DNA of 64,000 nt from an uncultured Methanobrevibacter sp. (GCF_947170395.1 NZ_CAMVTE010000007.1:4576-68575), one strand, 5' to 3'; shown: positions 53,248-64,000, counted from the stretch's first letter. Made by a program: numbers and translations. Notes: generated by a model from the letters alone, not told the origin.

Positions 53248-53921
53248 TTTTCATATTCACTTAAATCTTTAATTTTTGCCTTTTTGAAGGCTCTTTTTCT
53301 TCTCATGCAACTTTCACAAACACCGCAGTGTTTGTCTCCTCCTTTATAGCATGAATAGCTCACATCCATTGGAGCGCCAACCTCACGGCCCAGCATGACT
53401 ATTTCTTCCTTATTTAAATCGATGGCAGGAGCTTCAATTCTGATGTCATCAGGTGAACCGGCTTCAATCAATTTGTTGAAGTTTTCCAGAAATTCCTTTG
53501 AGTTGTCTGGAAATGTGGCTGCCTCCTCTGCATCCCATCCGACAATTATTATTTCAGCACCCATGCTTTCGGCATATGAAAGTGCGATGGATGTAAAGAC
53601 GGTATTTCTTGCGGGAACCCAGACGCTGCTTGCGGTTTCAATGCTTCTTTTGGCATCATCCAAATCGTCTGCTGTGACTTCAGGGATTTCTTCACAAGTA
53701 TTGAGGCTTGATGTGCTTATCTGTGAAAGCCATGGAAGTTCAATCACTTCATGTGTCCAGTTCATTTTCTCACAGATTTCCCGTGCAGCTCGAAGTTCTC
53801 TTTTAAAGCTTTTTTGCCCGTAGTCGAATGTTATTGCATGAATTTCATATTCATTTGCATATGCGCTTGTTGCAACGCAGCAGTCAAGACCTCCGGATAA
53901 AACTGAAATCGCTTTTTTCAT
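53244..53921 (-). CDS. queC: 7-cyano-7-deazaguanine synthase
   Basis: SGGLD, VPARN, SYSCY, CGVCESC. Confidence 0.93.
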   Translation of the reverse strand: MKKAISVLSGGLDCCVATSAYANEYEIHAITFDYGQKSFKRELRAAREICEKMNWTHEVIELPWLSQISTSSLNTCEEIPEVTADDLDDAKRSIETASSVWVPARNTVFTSIALSYAESMGAEIIIVGWDAEEAATFPDNSKEFLENFNKLIEAGSPDDIRIEAPAIDLNKEEIVMLGREVGAPMDVSYSCYKGGDKHCGVCESCMRRKRAFKKAKIKDLSEYEN

Positions 53922-55087
53922 TTTATCATCTCCCTGACGTTTTTAAGGGGTATGCCTGTCTTTTCAGCTATTGCTTTTAAATCTTCATATTCTGCCCTTT
54001 TTGAGATTATTTCTCCGTTGACGTATCCTATTTTGAAGGTCACTTCAAACTCCTCGCCGTTTATCTCAATTGTCTTTTTTTCAAATTCACGTTTGGCAAT
54101 GCCTCTATGCATGTTTGGGGAAATCCTAATTCCCAGACTTCCGGTTTGCCTGAATATCTCTTCAACCAGAATATCTCTGTTTTTTTGCGGTGAAATCACT
54201 TTCAGAAGACTTCCGGGGCGGTTTTTCTTCATTATGATTGGTGTAACGGACACATCAGAGGCTCCCATATTAAGAAGCCTGTCGAAGAGATATCCGATTT
54301 CCTCACCGGTTAGGTGGTCCAGATTTGTTTCAATAACATCAATTTCATCGCTTTCGGTAATGTCTGATGCTTCTATTATCCTTAGCACGTTCGGATGGTC
54401 AAAGTCCTTTTTGCCGGCACCGTAACCTGTCTTTTTCGGTTGGATGAGTGGCATGAACTCTCTGATTTCATCGCATATTTCTGCATAAATGGCACATCCT
54501 GTCGGTGTTGCAAGCTCGCTTTCAACAGGTCCTCCAACCATTTTGCCACCTTTTAGGATTTCCACAACGGCAGGTGCCGGAACGGGAATTATTCCGTGAT
54601 CTGTTTTTACTCTTCCGCCTCCAACTGCTATCGGAAGACCGATTACATTGTGGCTTTTGAGGTTCAGTGAATGGTATGCATATATTGACCCGATTACATC
54701 CGCTACCGCATCACTGGTTCCGACTTCATGGAAATGAACTTCATCCAATGGTTTTCCATGCACTTTCGCTTCAGCTTCTCCGATTCTTTTAAAAACTTTA
54801 ATCGATGTCTCTTTGACATTTTCATCCAAATCAAGGTTTTCGATTTTCCCGATAAAGTCCGAATAGCTTATGGCATCCCTTTTTTCAAGCATTTCGACTT
54901 CACAGTATGTTGACTCGATTCCATGTTTTGATGTCTTTTTAAAGTTCACCCTGACTTTTCCAAATTCGCTTGCTGACTTTTCCATGATCTGCTTTAGCGC
55001 ATCTGCATCGGCGCCCAAATCCACCAGGGCACCTATAATCATATTTCCGGCAATTCCGCTGGACTGCGGGTCAATAATAATTGTCAT
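53918..55087 (-). CDS. larC: Nickel pincer cofactor biosynthesis protein LarC
   Basis: SGIAGNM, VHFHEVG, PVPAPA, ELATPTG, MKKNRP. Confidence 0.9.
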   Translation of the reverse strand: MTIIIDPQSSGIAGNMIIGALVDLGADADALKQIMEKSASEFGKVRVNFKKTSKHGIESTYCEVEMLEKRDAISYSDFIGKIENLDLDENVKETSIKVFKRIGEAEAKVHGKPLDEVHFHEVGTSDAVADVIGSIYAYHSLNLKSHNVIGLPIAVGGGRVKTDHGIIPVPAPAVVEILKGGKMVGGPVESELATPTGCAIYAEICDEIREFMPLIQPKKTGYGAGKKDFDHPNVLRIIEASDITESDEIDVIETNLDHLTGEEIGYLFDRLLNMGASDVSVTPIIMKKNRPGSLLKVISPQKNRDILVEEIFRQTGSLGIRISPNMHRGIAKREFEKKTIEINGEEFEVTFKIGYVNGEIISKRAEYEDLKAIAEKTGIPLKNVREMIK

Positions 55088-55173
55088 GATATAATTCCCT
55101 TCAATTTTTTAGTTAATATAAGATTTAAATTAAATAATTAATATAGTATATGTATTGATTTGTAGGTTGCAGC

Positions 55174-56244
55174 ATGGAAAACATTAACATCATTGAAAAG
55201 GACTATGGGATTTGCATCAGAAATCCCGATTATTTTTTGGCGGTAAGTGACTTCAGGGTAAGCGACGGCATTGACATTATTGAAAACGTCAATATCGTTA
55301 AGGCAAAGGACGATTTTGTTGCAACGGCCAAAAGGGCTCAGGCATTCAACCAGTCCGAGGCATCATACATCGCTCATCCCACAGATTCCCTGAAATATTT
55401 CACAAATACATATGGCGATTTGACAATATTCACTTTCATGGCAAATGATGTTGAAGTTGAAGACTTCAGTGATGGTCTTGGGGTTGCAAACTCTCCTAGG
55501 GGCTTTGCGGACGCACGGATAAACATTAGCCATGTAATCTACATGGATAAGGTAATTTCACCCAAGGATTTGATTGGAATATTCAGGATAGTTTCAAACG
55601 CAAAGGCAAAGTTTCTATCCTCCATGGCGCTGCCTTTCCATATTCAAAACATCCTCAACACAGATGATTTTCTTGCAGTCCTTTCCAACGTTCGTGTAAG
55701 CGAAGACGAAAGCCTGGACATCAACAACGCCCAGTATGATGAAATAGACTTTGGAGAGCTTAAAGTCAGGCTTGAGGAGGCAATCGAGATAACAATCGAG
55801 GATGCCTTTGAAAAGCTCAATCTGACTTACGGCATTTTGGATTATCTGGTGTCCGAAGGCATTCTTATCGGGGATTTGGTCGAGGCCGGCCTTGAGCTTT
55901 TGGATGGTGTTGAAATCACCGATGAGCTTAAAGGCAAAATGGAAGCTCTGATTCTTGCCTCATTAGCAGACATTGATGTGATTTGCCTTTTGATTGCTGC
56001 AATAAGAACGGAACATGACCTTTCAGCAGACCGCATCAGGGAAGTGGGCATTGATGATGATTTCTGTGCCGGTGAGGTATTTGGCGTTGCCGTTTCAAAC
56101 CATATCGGCGCAACAAAAGGAGCCCTAAATTTCAAAAGATACGCAGATGGCGAACCTGGAATCATTTACGGGCTGCCTCCGGTATTGGACGGCGCTTTTG
56201 CAGGCCTTATTGCAGGATGTGCTGCAAGGCTTTTTGATGATTAG
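55174..56244 (+). CDS. CobZ/PgpA-like C-domain fused to a possible CbiZ-derived N-domain
   Basis: C-terminal NFKRY..PGII..L...LD...GLIAG; located upstream of cobS. Confidence 0.55.
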   Translation: MENINIIEKDYGICIRNPDYFLAVSDFRVSDGIDIIENVNIVKAKDDFVATAKRAQAFNQSEASYIAHPTDSLKYFTNTYGDLTIFTFMANDVEVEDFSDGLGVANSPRGFADARINISHVIYMDKVISPKDLIGIFRIVSNAKAKFLSSMALPFHIQNILNTDDFLAVLSNVRVSEDESLDINNAQYDEIDFGELKVRLEEAIEITIEDAFEKLNLTYGILDYLVSEGILIGDLVEAGLELLDGVEITDELKGKMEALILASLADIDVICLLIAAIRTEHDLSADRIREVGIDDDFCAGEVFGVAVSNHIGATKGALNFKRYADGEPGIIYGLPPVLDGAFAGLIAGCAARLFDD

Positions 56245-56403
56245 TTAATTTTTGCTTAAAGATTTGAAAAGCAGTCCTTTCAGTGTTTTCATTTCATCCG
56301 ACTTAAGCATTGATGAGGTTCAATATAACTCAACTTTAATATATAATGTTCCATATATTGATAATTAGGTTCATACTGATATCAGTTGCTGGAGCATAGA
56401 AAA

Positions 56404-57186
56404 ATGGAAAATGACGATTATTTTGAAGATGAGGAATTCTCACCGGTCAGATCTCTTTTGGGACTTCTGACATTCTCAACAATACTTCCGATTAATGTTT
56501 TCACATCAATCGAGTACATGACAAAGCTTACATGGTGCTGGCCGTTTTTACACATTTTCATAGGTATTCTGGCTGCAGTCTGCGGGTATGTTTCAGTAGA
56601 ATTTCTGCATTTGAATTCATTTTTCACAGCTGCAATAGTATATGCTTTTTTAATGCTTATTACTGGATACAACCATCTTGACGGCGTAATGGATATGGCC
56701 GACGGTGTAATGGTTCATGGGCCGCCCGAAAAGAAAATCAGAGTCATGAAAGACTCATCAGTAGGTGCTGGCGGCGTTGCAACACTGTTTTTGGTGGCAA
56801 CTCTTACAATTGCCGGGCTCTACAACATTCTCGATTACGGATTTCTTGTTGGAATCATAATCTGTGAGATGTCAGCAAAGATTTCCCTTCTTACAACCGC
56901 ATTGCTTTCACTTCCTCTCACTCCCGGAATCGGAAGCTATTTTATAAAAGAGACTAATATTGCCAATTATTTCGCATCAACTGTAATAATCGCCATCATT
57001 GCAGGTCTTTTGGGCGGTACCGTTGGAATATTTGGCGTTGTGGGTGCCGTCATCAGTGGCATTATAATAGCTGTGATTGCAAGGCGCAATTTTGTCCTTG
57101 CAAATGGTGATGTGCTTGGAATGAGCAATGAAGTCGGACGTCTGTTTGCACTTCTGTTTATGGCAGTGGCTTTATTTTACGTTTAG
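56404..57186 (+). CDS. cobS: Adenosylcobinamide-GDP ribazoletransferase
   Basis: HLDGVMDMADG, MKDSSVGAGG, NGDVLG. Confidence 0.9.
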   Translation: MENDDYFEDEEFSPVRSLLGLLTFSTILPINVFTSIEYMTKLTWCWPFLHIFIGILAAVCGYVSVEFLHLNSFFTAAIVYAFLMLITGYNHLDGVMDMADGVMVHGPPEKKIRVMKDSSVGAGGVATLFLVATLTIAGLYNILDYGFLVGIIICEMSAKISLLTTALLSLPLTPGIGSYFIKETNIANYFASTVIIAIIAGLLGGTVGIFGVVGAVISGIIIAVIARRNFVLANGDVLGMSNEVGRLFALLFMAVALFYV

Positions 57187-57264
57187 ATTATTTTTACAAG
57201 TCAAAATCAATATTGAAGTCTTATTATCTCATATTTATATATGATAAGGGCTAGATGTAGTATT

Positions 57265-57388
57265 GATGAGATTCACCGCCACTGTATGCAAATTATTTAA
57301 TTTTTTCATCATTTGACATGATGGCTTTGAAATTTTCTCTAGAATTACATATTTACCTCCCAGGATTTAAAAAGGCGGTATTCTCATC
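57265..57388 (+). ncRNA. Candidate structured small RNA (or MITE-like element)
   Basis: Ends pair (GATGAGATTCACCGCC / GGCGGTATTCTCATC); TTTATATA box at 57234-57241 about 24 nt upstream; internal hairpins. Confidence 0.4.
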
Positions 57389-57435
57389 ATTTGAAAACAA
57401 TTATATATTTTCAAGATTAATGTATTAATGATAAT

Positions 57436-57975
57436 ATGAATGTTAATGTTTTAAGATTGGACCACAGACTGAAAAGAGACACACGCATTACGACTCATGT
57501 ATGCCTGACTGCCCGTGCATTCGGAGCAAGCAAAATTTATCTTGCAGGAGAACGTGACAACAGGCTTATGGAAAACGTCATGGATACTGCTTCAAGATTT
57601 GGAGGAAATTTTGAAATAGAATATGCCGAAAGCTACATGGGCGTCATCAACTCATGGAAGGCAGACGGCGGAAAAGTGGTTCACCTTACCATGTACGGAT
57701 CACAGGCCCACGAAGTTGCTCCCGAAATCAGACAGGACGGAAGCGACATTCTGATAGTTGTCGGAGGGGCAAAGGTTCCTGGAAAGGTCTATAAGGCTGC
57801 AGACTGGAACGTGTCAGTTACAACACAGCCTCACTCAGAAGTGTCCTCTCTGGCCGTATTTCAGCATTTGCTGATGGACGGAAAGGAGTTCGATTTGGAA
57901 TTTGAAAACCCCGTACTTGAGGTCATACCGACAGCACATGGAAAAACCGTTAATATTCATGACGAAAACCGTTAG
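57436..57975 (+). CDS. trm56: tRNA (cytidine(56)-2'-O)-methyltransferase
   Basis: RDTRITTHVCLTARAFGA, HLTMYG, QPHSEV. Confidence 0.92.
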   Translation: MNVNVLRLDHRLKRDTRITTHVCLTARAFGASKIYLAGERDNRLMENVMDTASRFGGNFEIEYAESYMGVINSWKADGGKVVHLTMYGSQAHEVAPEIRQDGSDILIVVGGAKVPGKVYKAADWNVSVTTQPHSEVSSLAVFQHLLMDGKEFDLEFENPVLEVIPTAHGKTVNIHDENR

Positions 57976-59066
57976 GAGATAAAATCGTCCAGTCTCTTGA
58001 TGGCTCTTATTTTATCCCTTTTTTCAATTCTCGCCTGGTCAATGGCATCACGTATGGTCTGGATTGAATGGTCATAGACTTCCCTGTCAACAGGATATGG
58101 AAAGCCGTCCTTTCCTCCGTGTGTAAAACTGTATTTGACGGGATCCTTCCAGCTTGCAGGCTCGCCATAAACCAGATCTGAAATCAGCGCCAGCGCCCTT
58201 ATTTTTTTTGGACCGATTCCCTGAAGAAGAATCAGCTCCTCATAGTTTTCAGGCTGTATTTCCCATGCCTTTGTCAGGACTTCAAACTCCTTGTCAGATA
58301 TGTCCATGTCCAGAACAGGGTGATGTTCAGGCATTGTAAAGTCCTCTAAAAGCATCTGATTGTCTTTTCTTTTAAAGTATTGTCTTAAATGATTTGGATT
58401 ATCGTTAATCAAATCAACGCTTATTTTTTGGGCTTCCTCACTTTCCTTTGAAGACATGTTCAGGGTATTTGGAGTTTTCATGTCGCAGGATATTCCGCTG
58501 TGGGGGTCATTGAGAAGCTTTTCGACCTGCGAGCCCAGCCAGTGATATCTTCGGGCATATTTGTTTTGCGTGTTCATGCCCTGCTGGATGACTGCCCAGT
58601 CTCCCTTTTCCGTTACAAAAAAGTTATGCTGGTATAGGGTATATCCGTCCTGAATGCAGGAGTTGTCGATTTTTGCGGATAATTTGCTTGTCTCAACCAG
58701 CTTTTCGGTGGTTTTGCTCTTCAGGTTAAAGACATCTCCCGCATGCATGATTCCCTCAGGCGTTTTCCTGGATTTTGCTCCTTTTCCGCCTGTCAGATAA
58801 ATTCCATGCTCTTCCGGACTTAGGGATGCCTTGAGTGCGCCCAGCGTGGTTGTTGTTGTTCCCGAGGAATGCCAGTCAAAACCTAAAACGCAGGAGAACG
58901 CCTGAAACCAGTAGGGATTTGAAACCCTGTTTAAAAATTCCGCCAGACTGTATTCTTCGATAATGACGCTTGCAAGAGCTCCGGATAGCTTGACCATTCT
59001 TGTAAACAGCCATTTTGGCGGATGTCCTCCGTGGAGCGGTAAGTTGACTGCACCTCTTCTTTGCAT
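57972..59066 (-). CDS. DUF763 family protein
   Basis: LPLHGG, DWHSSGTTT, QQGMN, RRYHW, HGGKDGFPYPV. Confidence 0.85.
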   Translation of the reverse strand: MQRRGAVNLPLHGGHPPKWLFTRMVKLSGALASVIIEEYSLAEFLNRVSNPYWFQAFSCVLGFDWHSSGTTTTTLGALKASLSPEEHGIYLTGGKGAKSRKTPEGIMHAGDVFNLKSKTTEKLVETSKLSAKIDNSCIQDGYTLYQHNFFVTEKGDWAVIQQGMNTQNKYARRYHWLGSQVEKLLNDPHSGISCDMKTPNTLNMSSKESEEAQKISVDLINDNPNHLRQYFKRKDNQMLLEDFTMPEHHPVLDMDISDKEFEVLTKAWEIQPENYEELILLQGIGPKKIRALALISDLVYGEPASWKDPVKYSFTHGGKDGFPYPVDREVYDHSIQTIRDAIDQARIEKRDKIRAIKRLDDFIS

Positions 59067-59208
59067 GTAATATGATATATGTTTAATAAATATTAGTTTT
59101 TTAGAAAGAGCATTTGAAGAGTAACTTGTACAAATATTTATAACGATTGTTTTTCAGAAATATATATGTAAACTTTTTTAAGAAATTTTATTTTCCGGAG
59201 GCATTGTT

Positions 59209-61503
59209 TTGGCTAAAAGAATGATTTTATCGACTTTTTTGGTATTGCTGGCAATCTTATCCATTGGTATGGTCTGCGCAGGTGACGTTAATCTCACAGA
59301 TTCACAAATGTCCGATAGTGATGGTGCCGTTGCCATTGAAGAGCACTACCTTTCACAACCGGACGATGAAATGATTTTACATGAACAGGCTAAAAACCAG
59401 ACAGTGCTTTCATCTCCAGAAAATGACGTGTACGGATACTACAGTGTCGTTTTGAAAGACTCAAATACAAACGCCACACTGTCAAACAGAACTGTCTATT
59501 TCGGCATTGACGGCATCAATTATGATGCGTCCACAGACGACAGAGGTATTGCCAGTGTCTTTTTGGGTGATGTCGGAAAATATACTGTAAGCGCTTATTT
59601 TGCAGGCGATAATGATTATGAAGAAAGTGATTTGACCTGCAAGGTCAACGTATTGCCTACAGTAATAGTAAACGATGTTTTGAAATACTATAAGGGAAGC
59701 CAGCACTACACTGCAACATTCTTTGACTTTTGGGGAAACTGTCTGGCAAACGCCAATGTTTCAGTTACAATCAACGCCAGACAATACCCGCTTAAAACCA
59801 ATTCCAAAGGAGTTGCAACCCTTGCAATAAACTATTATCCCTGCAGCTTCAAGGCAACCACAACCAATCCCGTCACAGGATACAGCGTAAATACAACCGT
59901 CAAGGTCCTCTCGACAATCACTTCATCCGATTTGAAAAAGGTTGAAGGGGACGGCAAAAATTTCGTTGTGAAATTCTTTAAAAACAACGGAAAGCCTCTG
60001 GCCAATCAAAACGTAAAATTCAAGATAAAGGGCAAAACATATACTGTCAAAACCAATGCCAACGGCCAGGCAACTCTGTCACTTAAAAACTTCAAGAAAG
60101 GCACATACACTGTAGTGTCATACAATAAGGACGGCTATTCAAAGAAAAACAAGATTACAATCTATAAGGTTGCAAACACAAAACTGGCTGCAACTTCCGG
60201 CTTTTACAATTTCCTTTCAAACGAAACCAAGCAAATCAAGGTCAAGTTTACCAACACAATCGATGACGTTTCAGGAAAATCAGTCAAGTTCATTATAAAC
60301 GGCAAGACCTACACAAGAAAGACAGATTCAAAAGGTGTGGCAACCCTTGACATGGCATCATTTTCCAAAGGATTATATACTGTTGACTACCAGTTTGACG
60401 GAAACAAGTTTTTCAAATCAGCTAAGACGTCAGGAATGGTTTCAATTTTCGGTTCAACAGTTCCTAAACTGACTGTCAAAAGCACCAAGAACTTCGGTTA
60501 TGGTGCATACACGCTATTTAAGGTTGCACTGGCGGCTGATGGCGTTCCTCTGCCGAAAAGGACAATGACATTCAATATCAATGGCGTTGAATATTCAGAA
60601 ATCACAGACAACAGCGGTATGGCATCAGTGCCGATTGATTTGGAAATCGGCAATTATACTGTAACCTACAGGACAAATGCGCTTTATAAGATAAGCGGAA
60701 CTTCCGCATCATGCAACATAACAGTTTTCCAAAGGGACAATTCAAAACTCGCCTGGAAATGCGGAACATCGTTTTCTGATTCGTCACAGTCATTCAAGGT
60801 GCTTTTAACCGACATGAACGGAACTCCAATCGCCTCAGGCCGTCTCGAGCTTGAAGTCGACGGTGAGACATACTACGGCAAAACCTCATCAGACGGCTAT
60901 GCAACAATCAAGGCCACTTCCGCTTTAGGTAAAAATAAGGTTGTCGTAAAGTTTCTTGGAAACAACAATTTCCTTCCAACTTCAATGTCCAAAACCGTAA
61001 ATGTCAAGCTTTCAAAATTCGGAAACGGGCTTAACGAGAAAAATGCTGGGTCTCTCTCAGCATATCTCAAGGCATCCAGAAACTGTCCTGTAAACAGCGC
61101 CGCAATCAAGGCACTTGTAAAGTCACTGACCAAAGGCCTGAGTGATGACATCGACAAGGCAAAGGCCATATTCAATTACGTAAGGGACAATATCGATTAC
61201 GACTATTACTACAACACCCATAAGGGCGCAACATCCACATTGAAATCCGGATCAGGCAACTGCGTCGACCAGGCACACCTTCTTGTGTCAATGTATCGGA
61301 CTGCGGGCTTTAAGGCAAGGTATGTTCATGGAGTATGTCGCTTCAGCGATGGGGTGTTCGGCCATGTATGGACTCAGGTCAAGATTGGAAACACATGGGT
61401 TGTAGGAGATTCCATAAGCTATAAAAACTCCTTGGGCAAGATTAACAATTGGAAAACCACCAACTACAAGATAAAGGCAAAATATTCAAGCCTGCCATTC
61501 TAG
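59209..61503 (+). CDS. Adhesin-like surface protein with Ig-like repeats and a C-terminal transglutaminase-like domain
   Basis: Signal peptide; TD/TN..GxA repeats; Cys-His-Asp candidates GNCVDQ, GHVW, VGD. Confidence 0.85.
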   Translation: MAKRMILSTFLVLLAILSIGMVCAGDVNLTDSQMSDSDGAVAIEEHYLSQPDDEMILHEQAKNQTVLSSPENDVYGYYSVVLKDSNTNATLSNRTVYFGIDGINYDASTDDRGIASVFLGDVGKYTVSAYFAGDNDYEESDLTCKVNVLPTVIVNDVLKYYKGSQHYTATFFDFWGNCLANANVSVTINARQYPLKTNSKGVATLAINYYPCSFKATTTNPVTGYSVNTTVKVLSTITSSDLKKVEGDGKNFVVKFFKNNGKPLANQNVKFKIKGKTYTVKTNANGQATLSLKNFKKGTYTVVSYNKDGYSKKNKITIYKVANTKLAATSGFYNFLSNETKQIKVKFTNTIDDVSGKSVKFIINGKTYTRKTDSKGVATLDMASFSKGLYTVDYQFDGNKFFKSAKTSGMVSIFGSTVPKLTVKSTKNFGYGAYTLFKVALAADGVPLPKRTMTFNINGVEYSEITDNSGMASVPIDLEIGNYTVTYRTNALYKISGTSASCNITVFQRDNSKLAWKCGTSFSDSSQSFKVLLTDMNGTPIASGRLELEVDGETYYGKTSSDGYATIKATSALGKNKVVVKFLGNNNFLPTSMSKTVNVKLSKFGNGLNEKNAGSLSAYLKASRNCPVNSAAIKALVKSLTKGLSDDIDKAKAIFNYVRDNIDYDYYYNTHKGATSTLKSGSGNCVDQAHLLVSMYRTAGFKARYVHGVCRFSDGVFGHVWTQVKIGNTWVVGDSISYKNSLGKINNWKTTNYKIKAKYSSLPF

Positions 61504-61649
61504 TCATTTTTTAATTTTTTTTATCACATCTCATTTTTTGCCATTTTCATCGAATTAGGCAAAACTTTAATAAATGATGGTTACTAAAAGTATAAAATGT
61601 TATATTTATTAACAAATTATTTAATCAAAATTATTAAGGAGCGATAATT

Positions 61650-62387
61650 ATGGCTATAGATAACGGAGATTTTGTTAGAGTAAACTTTACTGGTAAAGTT
61701 AAAGAAACTGATGAAGTATTTGATACTACTTACGATGAAATTGCACAGGAAGCAGGAATTTTTGATGAAAATAAAACTTATAAGGCAATCCCAATTGTTG
61801 TAGGCGGAAATCACTTATTGCCTGCAATTGAAGAAGCTATCATTGGTTTAAAAGAAGGGGAAACCAAACACATTGAAGTCGATTCCGACGATGCATTCGG
61901 ACCACGTGACCCTAAAATGATTCAATTGGTCCCTATGAAAGAGTTCAAAAAACAAGGCATGACTCCTGTTCCAGGTATGAGAATCCAATCCGAAGGAGCA
62001 ACCGGAAAAATCCTAACCGTAAACGGCGGAAGAGTAAAAGTTGATTTCAACCATGAATTAGCTGGAAAAGACCTGGTATATGATGTTGAAGTAACCGAAA
62101 TCATCGACGATGAAGAAGAAAAAATCAAAAGCATGATCGAGTTACACTACTCCAACCCTAACGTTGATATTGAAAAAACCGAAATCAACATTGTTGACGG
62201 TGTAGCAAACATCAAATTGGATGAAATGTCCAAATTCGACCAGCAATCCTACATGGACGTTACCTTTGCAAGATTCAGAATTGCAAAAGACATCTGGGAA
62301 AACATCGAAGGCATTACCAAAGTCAACTTTGTAGATGAATTCGAAAAAAGAGAAGAATCTTCCGAAGACGAAGATGAAGAAGAATAA
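61650..62387 (+). CDS. FKBP-type peptidyl-prolyl isomerase (long archaeal type)
   Basis: [20 protein letters not shown]. Confidence 0.92.
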   Translation: MAIDNGDFVRVNFTGKVKETDEVFDTTYDEIAQEAGIFDENKTYKAIPIVVGGNHLLPAIEEAIIGLKEGETKHIEVDSDDAFGPRDPKMIQLVPMKEFKKQGMTPVPGMRIQSEGATGKILTVNGGRVKVDFNHELAGKDLVYDVEVTEIIDDEEEKIKSMIELHYSNPNVDIEKTEINIVDGVANIKLDEMSKFDQQSYMDVTFARFRIAKDIWENIEGITKVNFVDEFEKREESSEDEDEEE

Positions 62388-62470
62388 ATATTGAGTTATT
62401 TCAAATAACTCCCTTTCTTATTTTTTTCAAAGCACTAAATTAAAATACTATTTTTAACAAACCATCATTC

Positions 62471-63043
62471 ATGTTAGAACTTGACGAGCTATTGGCAATT
62501 TTCAACGAAGGCAAAACCCTCTCAATGGATGAGGATGCCGCTTCAGCATGCAACTATTACGCACAGGAGGCGCAAAGGATTACCTGTGAGCTGAACTACA
62601 AATACCATGACTTTGATGAAATCAGACAGCTGTTTGATAAATTGATAGGCGACAAAGTAAGTGATGATTTCCGACTGTTTCCACCATTTTTTACTGATTT
62701 TGGAAAAAACATCCATCTTGGCAAAAACGTATTCATAAATGCAGGATGCAAGTTTCAGGACCAGGGCGGCATTTACATTGGAGATAATGTGCTAATTGGC
62801 CATAATGTGGTTTTGGCCACTTTGAATCATGAGGAAAATCCATCAAAAAGAGGCAATCTGATTCCTGCTCCAATAAAAATAGGAAATGACGTATGGATTG
62901 GCTCCAATGCAACTGTGCTTGCCGGTGTAAGCATTGGTGACGGGGCAATCGTTGCAGCAGGTGCTGTCGTTACCCGTGATGTGGCAAAAAATACAGTAGT
63001 CGGAGGCATTCCGGCAAAATACATCAGAGACATCAAATTCTAG
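62471..63043 (+). CDS. Sugar O-acetyltransferase (maltose acetyltransferase-like)
   Basis: [11 protein letters not shown], hexapeptide repeats, VWIG, GIPAK. Confidence 0.88.
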   Translation: MLELDELLAIFNEGKTLSMDEDAASACNYYAQEAQRITCELNYKYHDFDEIRQLFDKLIGDKVSDDFRLFPPFFTDFGKNIHLGKNVFINAGCKFQDQGGIYIGDNVLIGHNVVLATLNHEENPSKRGNLIPAPIKIGNDVWIGSNATVLAGVSIGDGAIVAAGAVVTRDVAKNTVVGGIPAKYIRDIKF

Positions 63044-63531
63044 AGTTTCTCGCCCCTGCAGGCGCCGACAATTCCTGGTATGTCTTCCACTTCCAGCTCA
63101 TACATGGCTTCCATGCCTTCATTTTCAAACAGGACGCATTTCTTTTTCTTCACCCTGCTTGTAAGAAGCGCTGCCACAGGCGGTGTTATTACAAAAATCG
63201 AGTTGTTTTCATCAAGGCTTTTGACGGTTTCATCACTCAGCATGCCCTTTCCGATATGGACTTTAACGCCGCTTTTGCTTAAAAAAGGAATTGTAGATTC
63301 TATTTCCACTTTGCTGCTTGTTGTAGGGGCAATTCCTGCATCGCTGAAGGCGGTATGCATGATGACCATCCCATCAACATCAAATGGAACCTCGCCTTTT
63401 TTAATCAGCTCCACAAATTGGGGAAGAGCCGCATCACGGCCGGTATAGATGGTTCCGGAAATTGAGATTTGATCTCCGACATTAACGTTTGCCAAATCCT
63501 CATCGCTGATAGGTGTAGTCAGTTGAATCAT
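63040..63531 (-). CDS. Fe-S hydro-lyase (fumarate hydratase) beta subunit
   Basis: [23 protein letters not shown]. Confidence 0.82.
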   Translation of the reverse strand: MIQLTTPISDEDLANVNVGDQISISGTIYTGRDAALPQFVELIKKGEVPFDVDGMVIMHTAFSDAGIAPTTSSKVEIESTIPFLSKSGVKVHIGKGMLSDETVKSLDENNSIFVITPPVAALLTSRVKKKKCVLFENEGMEAMYELEVEDIPGIVGACRGEKL

Positions 63532-63657
63532 ATTAATAGTTATTAACTTTTGATTTTTAATAAATTTTCCATTATTTCATAATATATTTAAATGTTTAAA
63601 AACAGACATATACACATTCTATATTTATTTATCATGAATATATTAGGAGATTAAAAA

Positions 63658-63924
63658 TTGATTATTGTTGATGAAAATTTATGTAAAGGATGCCATCTTT
63701 GCTTATTCATGTGTTATAAGAACGTGTATGCAATATCTCCTGAAGTTAACAAAAAAGGGGTTCAGTTACCTTTTGTTAAGTTTGAAGAGAGGTGTACCAA
63801 ATGCGGCACTTGTGAAGTGGCATGTCCTGATCAGGCTATCACAGTGGATTTGCCTGAAAATTGGTGGATGAAAGAAGGAAATGAAGTGAACTTTAATCCT
63901 AATTTCACAAAGGGGAAAAAGTAG
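63658..63924 (+). CDS. korD: 2[4Fe-4S] ferredoxin-like delta subunit of 2-oxoacid oxidoreductase
   Basis: CKGCHLC and CTKCGTCEVACP; precedes the alpha subunit. Confidence 0.8.
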   Translation: MIIVDENLCKGCHLCLFMCYKNVYAISPEVNKKGVQLPFVKFEERCTKCGTCEVACPDQAITVDLPENWWMKEGNEVNFNPNFTKGKK

Positions 63925-63933
63925 GTGTATAAA

Positions 63934-64000
63934 ATGGCTGAAGAATTTTTTATTCAAGGAAATGAAGCATGTGCTAAAGGAGCAATAGCTGCAGGCTGCA
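63934..64000 (+). CDS. korA: 2-oxoacid:ferredoxin oxidoreductase alpha subunit (5' fragment)
   Basis: MAEEFFIQGNEACAKGAIAAGC... Confidence 0.75.
   Translation, partial: MAEEFFIQGNEACAKGAIAAGC

Noticed and set aside
53244-53921. queC as partner of the island TGT-like gene (a dpd-like DNA modification system)
   Set aside because: It lies 23 kb away in a housekeeping context with larC; archaea need QueC for archaeosine; no dpdB/dpdC-like genes are seen.
57261-57300. GATGAGATTCACC resembles the start of a fluoride (crcB) riboswitch
   Set aside because: It lacks the leading GG needed for the first stem and the downstream conserved block, and no fluoride-related gene follows.
59209-61503. Repeats inside the adhesin gene as a possible array
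   Set aside because: They are degenerate protein-level Ig-like repeats, not nucleotide repeat-spacer units. No CRISPR array was seen anywhere in the window.
1454-63957. Many short antisense or overlapping ORFs in the supplied track (e.g. 1454-1927, 17016-17477, 38268-38768, 53952-54425)
   Set aside because: They are shadows of well-supported genes on the other strand or frame and have no motifs.

Overview
Archaeal chromosome segment. The gene content (atwA, methanogenesis marker 9, cofD/cofE, purO, topo VI, MreB-like protein, transglutaminase adhesin) and low GC point to a Methanobrevibacter-like methanogen (inference). Most of the window is housekeeping, cofactor and envelope genes. The main accessory region is a very AT-rich ~5.8 kb island (27388-33149) bracketed by an imperfect 38-39 bp duplication of the rio1 3' end. 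It carries (i) a compact operon of a SocA/Panacea-like+UPF0175 protein, a PIN nuclease, a frameshifted TGT-like barrel protein, an acidic helical protein and a truncated second PIN gene, and (ii) a decayed large gene interrupted by a 337 bp non-autonomous IS200/IS605 element made only of a HEARO/omega-RNA scaffold and end hairpins, with no iscB or tnpA. Also seen: two CsoR-type operators in a metal-efflux locus, an MNT-HEPN pair, a JAB-like gene pair, and a candidate ~124 nt structured sRNA between cobS and trm56. All protein calls rest on motif recognition by eye; no searches were run.
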